From an uncultured Verrucomicrobiales bacterium (GTDB taxonomy: Bacteria > Verrucomicrobiota > Verrucomicrobiia > Limisphaerales > JAYPXF01), in NCBI GenBank assembly GCA_937893495.1, contig CALBIE010000023.1:1-60022 (forward strand): a DNA stretch of 60,022 nt. Direction: 5' to 3'. This document shows positions 54,207-60,022 of this stretch, piece after piece. Both the position numbers and the translations under genes were made by a program. The stretch's first letter is position 1. Each line of letters starts with the position of its first letter. The notes beneath the pieces were generated by a model. That model ran no database searches and was not told the origin of the DNA. It was given only the letters and a program-made list of their open reading frames with translations.

Positions 54207-55664
54207 TCAACCCGCTACGGAAGTGTCGCGGGCTGCCTCAAGGTCTTCGCGCCGCTGCGCCATACTACTGAAAAACTCGTAACCCTCGCGGCAGCGCCGC
54301 ATAAAAACATCCTTGTCCTCCATCATACTGCGGATAATACGCAGGATGGGTTTCGGGCGCAGGAAATACTTCTGATAGAAATGTTCGACGCTCTCGAATA
54401 TTTCCTCTTTCGAAATTCCGGGATACTCAAGCGCGCTTTGCTGAAAGCCATCGGAATGAACTATGTCTGTTTTGCTCTGCCTGGCAAACCAACCGTTCTG
54501 ACGGGCCATTTCGTACAACTCGGTACCCGGATATGGTGCCGCCAGTGAAACCTGAATACTGAATACGTCCAGTTCCTGCGCAAAGCGAATCGTTTGTTCA
54601 ATAGTCTCGCGCGTTTCCACGGGCAGGCCGAGAATGAAGGTGCCGTGGATGGTCACGCCAGCCCGGTTGCAGGCTTTCGTGAAGTGCCGCATCTCGTCGG
54701 TGGTGACGCCCTTCTTGATATTCCGCAGGATTTCATCATTGCCGCTTTCGTAGCCGACAAGAAACAGACGCAGTCCATTGTCCTTGAAGAACTTGATCGT
54801 GTCGTAATCCAGATTCGCCCGACTGTTGCATGACCACGTCAGTCCCTGCTTTCCGAGATGACGCGCAATCTCTCTCGCGCGCGGCAGGTTGGCCGTGAAT
54901 GTATCGTCATCAAAAAAGAATTCTTTCACCTGCGGAAACTGCTTTTTCATGTAGGCCATTTCCGCCACTACATTCTCGGGCGAACGCACGCGATATTTGT
55001 GTCCGCCAATCGTCTGGGGCCAGAGGCAGAACGTGCATTGCGCGGGACAACCCCGACCTGTATAGAGGCTCACATAGGGATGCAGCAGGTAACCAATGAA
55101 ATACTTCTCGATCTCCAGGTCGCGTTTGTAAACATCGGCGACCCACGGGAGGTCGTCCATGTTGCTGATGAGTTCGCGCTCGGGGTTGTGGCGAATCTTT
55201 CCGGTCGAATCCCGATAGGACAGGCCTGCGACATCCTTCAGCTCTCGCCCTTCGGCCACTTCCTTGCAGGTAAAATCAAATTCCTTGCGGCCCACCCAGT
55301 CGATCGCTGGCGATGCTTTCAGTGTTTCGGTCGGCAAAACCGCCGCGTGCGCGCCGACAAATCCGATGATAGTATCGGGGTTCTGCTCCTTGATGGCCTC
55401 AGCTACCTTGCAGTCGTTTGGAAGTGACGGTGTCGAAGTGTGAAGAATGACGTGGTCGTAACCCCGGGCGATGCGAAGGCATTCCTCGACACCAATGTCG
55501 TGCGGCGGGCAGTCAAGCAACTTTGCTCCGGGAACCAATGCGGCCGGTTGGGCCAGCCAGGTTGGATACCAGAAACTGGTGACCTCGCGCCGGGCCTGAT
55601 AGCGGGAACCTGCGCCACCGTCAAACCCGTCAAAGCTGGGGGGCGATAGAAAGAGTGCGCTCAT
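54207..55664 (-). CDS. hpnJ: Hopanoid biosynthesis-associated B12-binding radical SAM protein HpnJ
   Basis: PPSFDGFDGGAGSRYQARREVTSFWYPTWLAQPAAL...YTGRGCPAQCTFCLWPQT matches my recollection of HpnJ (TIGR03471-type). It lies adjacent to an HpnH-like gene. Confidence 0.8.
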   Translation of the reverse strand: MSALFLSPPSFDGFDGGAGSRYQARREVTSFWYPTWLAQPAALVPGAKLLDCPPHDIGVEECLRIARGYDHVILHTSTPSLPNDCKVAEAIKEQNPDTIIGFVGAHAAVLPTETLKASPAIDWVGRKEFDFTCKEVAEGRELKDVAGLSYRDSTGKIRHNPERELISNMDDLPWVADVYKRDLEIEKYFIGYLLHPYVSLYTGRGCPAQCTFCLWPQTIGGHKYRVRSPENVVAEMAYMKKQFPQVKEFFFDDDTFTANLPRAREIARHLGKQGLTWSCNSRANLDYDTIKFFKDNGLRLFLVGYESGNDEILRNIKKGVTTDEMRHFTKACNRAGVTIHGTFILGLPVETRETIEQTIRFAQELDVFSIQVSLAAPYPGTELYEMARQNGWFARQSKTDIVHSDGFQQSALEYPGISKEEIFESVEHFYQKYFLRPKPILRIIRSMMEDKDVFMRRCREGYEFFSSMAQRREDLEAARDTSVAG

Positions 55665-55701
55665 TGGCGAATCGGCAGGTGAAACTTCCGGGAAGCACCG
55701 G

Positions 55702-57033
55702 CTAATTCTTTGCAGCGGCAGTCGCTATGACGGCGACTTCTTCCGAAGAACAGCCGCCGCCTTCGGAAGCTCCGGCCTTAATGGCCGCCTGGGCTTCCGC
55801 GAGATGTCCTTTGCCAATGGTGCAGCCGTTGAAAATCGTTACTTGATCGCCGTTGGGATACGGAGCCGGTTTGGTGCCAAAATTGTAAACCGCGTTTTTG
55901 ATCCCGTCGCTTATTTTCGGGCTCAGTGCGCCGCTCGGGTCGTAGCCACAATGCACCATGCAATTCTCACATCGGGGATCGCGTGCCTTGCCATCGACGA
56001 CGCCGTAGCTTTCCCAGTCCACCTTGTCGAGCATCTCCTGGTAACCATCGTAATGCCCGTCCGTCATCAGGTAACAGGGTGCCTTCCATCCGCGAATATT
56101 CCGGGTGGGAATCGCCCATGCCGTGCAAGTCAACTCGCGCAGGCCGGCGAGAAATTCCTGATAAACCACGGTGCCGAAAATCGTGAACCGCTTGCCCCAG
56201 TCGAGGATGTTCTTGAACTTTGCGCGCGTCATTTCCCGCGTCATGAAAAACTCCTTCGGATCTTTGCCGAGGCGCTTGACCATGTCTTTCTTGGCAGCGT
56301 CGTAATCGTAGCCGGGCGAAATCGTGTGACCATCCACGCCCAGCCAGGAGAAATACTTGAACATGTCTTCGATTTCCGAAATCTCGGTCTCCCGGTAAAC
56401 CGTCGTGTTGGTGGCGACCTGGTAGCCGAGCATCTTGGCCATCTTGATTGCCTTGACGCATTCCTGAAAGACGCCCTCGCGTTCCACAATCAGGTCGTGC
56501 GTGTATTCCAGACCGTCAACATGAACATTCCAGTACATCCATCGGGTCGGAGAAATGACCGGGCGATCATTCTGTTTGCCTTTGCGAATGACTTCGGCGT
56601 CTTTTTCGGAAATGAGTTCATCGGTGATGAGTTGCTTGAGGGTTGGCTCCTGCGCGACCGAGTAAGTTGCCGCAAGGTAATCTTTCATCTTCTTCCGCAT
56701 GAACATGGCGTTCGTGCAGACATAGACGATGCGCTTCTGCTTGAGAATGCCTTCGATGAGTTCCTCGATCTTCGGATAAATCAGCGGTTCGCCGCCGCAG
56801 ATGGAGACCATCGGTGCATCACATTCCGTGGCACTGCCCAGACATTCCTCCAGCGACATCATGTCCTTGATGCTGGTCGAGTATTCTCGAATGCGTCCGC
56901 AACCGGTGCACGTCAAATTACAGGTATGAAGAGGTTCAAGCTGCAACACCATGGCAAATTTAGGTGTTCGCTTGAGGCGATGTTTAATGATGTGGCCGGC
57001 GATTTTCACCGACAGCGCGAATGGAAATCGCAT
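55702..57033 (-). CDS. hpnH: Adenosyl-hopene transferase HpnH-like radical SAM enzyme (Radical_SAM + DUF3463)
   Basis: The sequence is VLQLEPLHTCNLTCTGCGRIREY...SICGGEPL...VHVDG. The C-terminal DUF3463-type region is GWKAPCYLM...CENCMVHCGY. It has an extra internal segment and an Ala/Gly-rich tail compared with my memory of canonical HpnH. Confidence 0.65.
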   Translation of the reverse strand: MRFPFALSVKIAGHIIKHRLKRTPKFAMVLQLEPLHTCNLTCTGCGRIREYSTSIKDMMSLEECLGSATECDAPMVSICGGEPLIYPKIEELIEGILKQKRIVYVCTNAMFMRKKMKDYLAATYSVAQEPTLKQLITDELISEKDAEVIRKGKQNDRPVISPTRWMYWNVHVDGLEYTHDLIVEREGVFQECVKAIKMAKMLGYQVATNTTVYRETEISEIEDMFKYFSWLGVDGHTISPGYDYDAAKKDMVKRLGKDPKEFFMTREMTRAKFKNILDWGKRFTIFGTVVYQEFLAGLRELTCTAWAIPTRNIRGWKAPCYLMTDGHYDGYQEMLDKVDWESYGVVDGKARDPRCENCMVHCGYDPSGALSPKISDGIKNAVYNFGTKPAPYPNGDQVTIFNGCTIGKGHLAEAQAAIKAGASEGGGCSSEEVAVIATAAAKN

Positions 57034-57037
57034 AAAG

Positions 57038-57247
57038 CTAGTTTTTGGAGGCGAGCAACGGAGCTGAACCTTTTTGGGTGGCTTCCGTCTCTGGTTTTGG
57101 TTGCAGGTTGTCGTTCTTCACCAGTCCGGGCAAAAACAGGGAAGCCGGGGAAACTGAATAGCTGCCATTCAATCCGCCGCAACCGATGCCGGTAGTCAAC
57201 GCCAATCCAAGCGTTGCCAACCGTAGCCTTTTCCAATTAAAACGCAC
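57038..57247 (-). CDS. Small putative lipoprotein upstream of hpnH
   Basis: The signal and lipobox are MRFNWKRLRLATLGLALTTGIGC. The start is GTG. The stop lies 4 nt before the hpnH start. Confidence 0.45.
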   Translation of the reverse strand: MRFNWKRLRLATLGLALTTGIGCGGLNGSYSVSPASLFLPGLVKNDNLQPKPETEATQKGSAPLLASKN

Positions 57248-57276
57248 CTACACACTATACAAAATTGGCTGATTTA

Positions 57277-58116
57277 ATGGCAATAACCAATTCGAGATGG
57301 TCAGAATCCGGCGTTTGGACCGCTGTGTTCCGGTCTCTGCCGATTTATTGGTCGCGGAATTCACGGCGCGCGGCGCTGTTCGGAATTGTGATCAGCTTCC
57401 TTTCACCAGTAATGGGCGAAGAGGTTCGGATGCCGTCGTATTCCTTGGAATTTGCTAAAGAGGCAATGAATGCCTTGGAAAAGGCCCGGTTTGCAACGGT
57501 GGGATCCACCAATCAGACCGCCTCGGCGCTGAAGCTCGGTAAAGCCTGTTTCTGGGCCGGTGAATTCGCCAGCAATTCCACCCAAAGGGCAGAATTGGCC
57601 GAGGAAGGCATTGCCGTCTGCCGGCAAATCCTGGCCGTGCAGCCCGCATCTGCCGAAGGACACTACTATCTTGCGATGAATCTGGGGCAGTTGGCCCGCA
57701 CGAAACTGCTCGGTGCCCTTCCACTCGTGCGCGACATGGACCGTTCTCTCAAGCACGCGGCGGCGGCTTCGCCCGCCCTTGATTATGCCGGCCCTGATCG
57801 TTGCCTCGGGCTGCTTTATCGGGACGCACCCGGTTGGCCGATCAGTGTCGGGAGCCGATCCAAAGCAAAGCGGCATCTGCTCAACGCCTTTGCCCGGGCG
57901 CCGGATTATCCGGAGAACATTCTGAACCTCGTCCAGACTTGGATTGAATGGCGGGACAAGGACAGCCTGCGTCGCGATTTGAATGCTGGAGAGGCGGTGC
58001 TGAAAAAGGCGGCCACAATATTTACCGGTCCTGAGTGGGTTCCTCATTGGGATACCTGGAACCGGCAATGGTCCACCCTCAAAGCGAAGGGTGATCGAAT
58101 CTTGAAGAATCGATGA
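57277..58116 (+). CDS. TPR-like (TatT-like) hypothetical protein
   Basis: The helical-repeat pattern EGHYYLAMNLGQLA...GLLYRDAPGWPISVGSRSKAKRHLLNAFARAPDYPEN resembles the TatT/TPR family. The assignment is weak. Confidence 0.5.
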   Translation: MAITNSRWSESGVWTAVFRSLPIYWSRNSRRAALFGIVISFLSPVMGEEVRMPSYSLEFAKEAMNALEKARFATVGSTNQTASALKLGKACFWAGEFASNSTQRAELAEEGIAVCRQILAVQPASAEGHYYLAMNLGQLARTKLLGALPLVRDMDRSLKHAAAASPALDYAGPDRCLGLLYRDAPGWPISVGSRSKAKRHLLNAFARAPDYPENILNLVQTWIEWRDKDSLRRDLNAGEAVLKKAATIFTGPEWVPHWDTWNRQWSTLKAKGDRILKNR

Positions 58117-58274
58117 CCAATCCGGTGGCCGTACTTTTTCGTTTCCGCGATCCCTATCGTGACGAACTGGTAAAAATTTCGCTCGGTATGCTGAAGATTG
58201 CGCTGCGGTTTTCCTGATTCAAACCGGTTCCCGCTTGTCAGTCGATCCCCTTTCCACTACTGCTGGCGCGCCCG

Positions 58275-59450
58275 ATGGCCGCGCGCGACAATAAAACCGG
58301 AATCTTTATCCTGGAGGGGCTCAACGCCCTGTCGCTCGCGTTTTATTTTCTCTTCATCTTCTTCTTCATGCAGAAGAAGTTCGGCTTCGGCAATATGGAG
58401 AATCTTCTGCTCGGCGGCCTCGCGGGATTCGTTTACATGATTGCCTCGTACATCTGCGGAAGAATCGCGCGTCGTGCCGGTTATCTCAGGATTCTCGTCA
58501 TCGCGTTTGGCGTGGTGACGATCGCGCTGCTGGTCGGCAGCCAATTGCAGAGCGTCACCGGGCATCTCGTCGTGGTCTGTGTGGCGGTCGCCGGCATTGG
58601 ATTCGTCTGGACACCGCTGCAGGCGCTCGCCTGTCAGCATGAACCGGCCCATCGCGTCCAGCGAATGGTCGGGCTCTACAACGTGATCTGGGCCACTCTG
58701 GTGGCGATAGGGTATTTTGCCGGCGGCGCCATGTTCGAGGCATGGAACCTGAGCATCTTCATCGTCACGGCGGGAATTCACTTCACCCAGTTTCTCATCG
58801 CGATTCACCTCCTGCGTTCCAGTCGGTTACGGGATAAACTGGGAACGCAACCCGCCATCGCGGCGGATGAGACAACGACCCGGGTTGCACCCTCGATTGC
58901 CCGCGCCTTTCTGCGCATGGCGTGGATTGCCAACCCGGCGGCTTTCATCGCGACGAACGTGGCCGTCCCGACCATTCCAACGATCGCCAAACGATTCGAC
59001 CTGTCACCGACATGGGCGGGGATCTTTTGCTCCGTCTGGTTGTTCGCCCGCGCGGGCGCTTTCCTGCTGTTCTGGAAATGGCCGGGATGGCATTACCGGC
59101 TCGGCTGGTTGTTGGCGGGATACATCGTCATGGTAATCAGCTTCGCGGCGATCCTTGTAGGATCGAATCTGGTCGTTCTCCTGGTTGCCCAGGTTTTCTT
59201 CGGCCTCGCGCTCGGCCTGCTGTATTATTCGTCACTCTACTATTCCATGCATGTCGGTGTCGAAAACCAGGGTGAGCACGGAGGCATGCACGAGGCAGTC
59301 ATTGGCGCGGGAAACTTTGCGGGACCGGTCGTGGGAGCGCTCGCGCTCTATTTTTACCCGGCCAATCCACACGCGGGAACGTGGGCCGTCTCGGTCGCGA
59401 TGGGAGTCGGATTGATTTGGATGCTGCGGGTGTGGGCTTTGCGGAGATAG
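58275..59450 (+). CDS. MFS transporter
   Basis: 391 aa with about 12 hydrophobic helices. The loop motif CGRIARRAGY lies between TM2 and TM3. Confidence 0.8.
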   Translation: MAARDNKTGIFILEGLNALSLAFYFLFIFFFMQKKFGFGNMENLLLGGLAGFVYMIASYICGRIARRAGYLRILVIAFGVVTIALLVGSQLQSVTGHLVVVCVAVAGIGFVWTPLQALACQHEPAHRVQRMVGLYNVIWATLVAIGYFAGGAMFEAWNLSIFIVTAGIHFTQFLIAIHLLRSSRLRDKLGTQPAIAADETTTRVAPSIARAFLRMAWIANPAAFIATNVAVPTIPTIAKRFDLSPTWAGIFCSVWLFARAGAFLLFWKWPGWHYRLGWLLAGYIVMVISFAAILVGSNLVVLLVAQVFFGLALGLLYYSSLYYSMHVGVENQGEHGGMHEAVIGAGNFAGPVVGALALYFYPANPHAGTWAVSVAMGVGLIWMLRVWALRR

Positions 59451-59712
59451 GAGGGCATTAACATTTCTGGACATTTCAATTACGTTTCGAATCATTGGAA
59501 TTACATCATCGAACGTTCGCCAGGCAGTTGGGGGTATCGCCGCGAAGGATTGGGATTCCGACGAACGAATGGCAATGGCCAGGACGTTCAAGATGTTCGC
59601 GCGGCAACTCGAGGTATCGTCAAACATCCTCGGGCAACCGGATATTGTGCGGCGCCATCCAATGCGACCACTGGCCAGACACAAGTTGGCTTTGAACTAG
59701 GGGCGGGGAAAG

Positions 59713-60021
59713 TTAAGCAGGGATGGGTTGCGCCGAGGGAACGATTCTTGCCTTGGCCAGCATGGCGGCCGGGACTTTAAGTCGGGCTTGTTTCATCATC
59801 ATCGTTAACTGCAGCTCATTGAACCCGATTGACTCGACCCCAACAACTTCGCCTTTGGCATCCAAATCAATGGCCATGTGGATGGTGCTTCCGCTTCTGT
59901 CCACTGTTTTTGCTACCTTCGTATTCTTAAATCGGACATAGGCCGCCCACGCGTCCATATCGATTTCGACCACGGGTGGTTTTTTTACTTGTACCTGCAA
60001 AAAGTGTTGTTCAGTCTTCAT
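59713..60021 (-). CDS. DUF2283 domain-containing protein
   Basis: The sequence is VEIDMDAWAAYVRF...IHMAIDLDAKGEVVGVESIG, the 'YD.e.D.lyI.f...id.d..G.ivgiEi' pattern. The ATG lies at the window edge. Confidence 0.6.
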   Translation of the reverse strand: MKTEQHFLQVQVKKPPVVEIDMDAWAAYVRFKNTKVAKTVDRSGSTIHMAIDLDAKGEVVGVESIGFNELQLTMMMKQARLKVPAAMLAKARIVPSAQPIPA

Positions 60022-60022
60022 G

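Noticed and set aside
55804-57195. 463-aa plus-strand ORF, and similar long ORFs such as 35604..36911, 36924..37709, 34457..35404, 20896..21816, 43941..44777, 44884..45696, 3763..4710, 41447..42250 and 41726..42604
   Set aside because: Each lies antisense to, or out of frame with, a gene that has clear family motifs (hpnH, ychF, ATP-grasp, ABC ATPase, the sigma-adjacent gene, abiEii, the hydrolase, the RyR protein, the heme-binding protein). Their translations are Arg/Gly/Pro-rich, which is typical of shadow ORFs in high-GC DNA.
1-60022. Search for CRISPR arrays, tRNA/rRNA genes, transposases, integrases, reverse transcriptases and prophage structural genes
   Set aside because: I saw no regularly spaced direct repeats of 25-40 bp, no cloverleaf-like candidates in the intergenic gaps I inspected, and no ORFs with DDE, tyrosine- or serine-recombinase or RT motifs. 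This absence rests on visual inspection only.

Overview
High-GC (about 58-60% by spot counts), densely coding window. The gene content points to a PVC-superphylum bacterium, most likely Verrucomicrobiota: DUF1501 and DUF1549/DUF1553 proteins, PVC-type heme-binding/HEAT proteins, a sulfatase, hpnH/hpnJ, and 'HEWTRI/VHSW'-type palindromic intergenic repeats. Core genes I recognise are purF, purM, ychF, clpB, an mlaE/mlaF-like/mlaD operon, an ECF sigma factor, hpnJ and hpnH.

Two regions look accessory.

(1) 1-9.4 kb is a conflict/defence island. Four co-directional minus-strand genes encode a SLOG + SLATT(DUF4231) membrane protein, a 2TM + tandem Rossmann + RyR-domain protein, an AAA(DUF4143) ATPase, and a DUF4062-STAND NTPase. 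They sit divergently next to two tandem TIR-domain paralogs. I flag the TIR / SLOG-SLATT / RyR combination as the best candidate for an undescribed, Thoeris-like, nucleotide-signalled membrane-effector system.

(2) 43.2-48.0 kb is a toxin-antitoxin and gene-fragment patch. It holds AbiEi/AbiEii, a chimeric beta-lactamase/alpha-beta-hydrolase gene, an orphan copy of the 3' end of the upstream 1200-aa gene, and a vapBC cassette bracketed by about 120-bp direct repeats carrying the 5' end of an FMN-reductase-like gene.

Several REP-like hairpin repeats sit in intergenic regions. I found no rRNA, tRNA, CRISPR array, transposase or integrase. All family calls come from motif recognition by eye. No database search was run.
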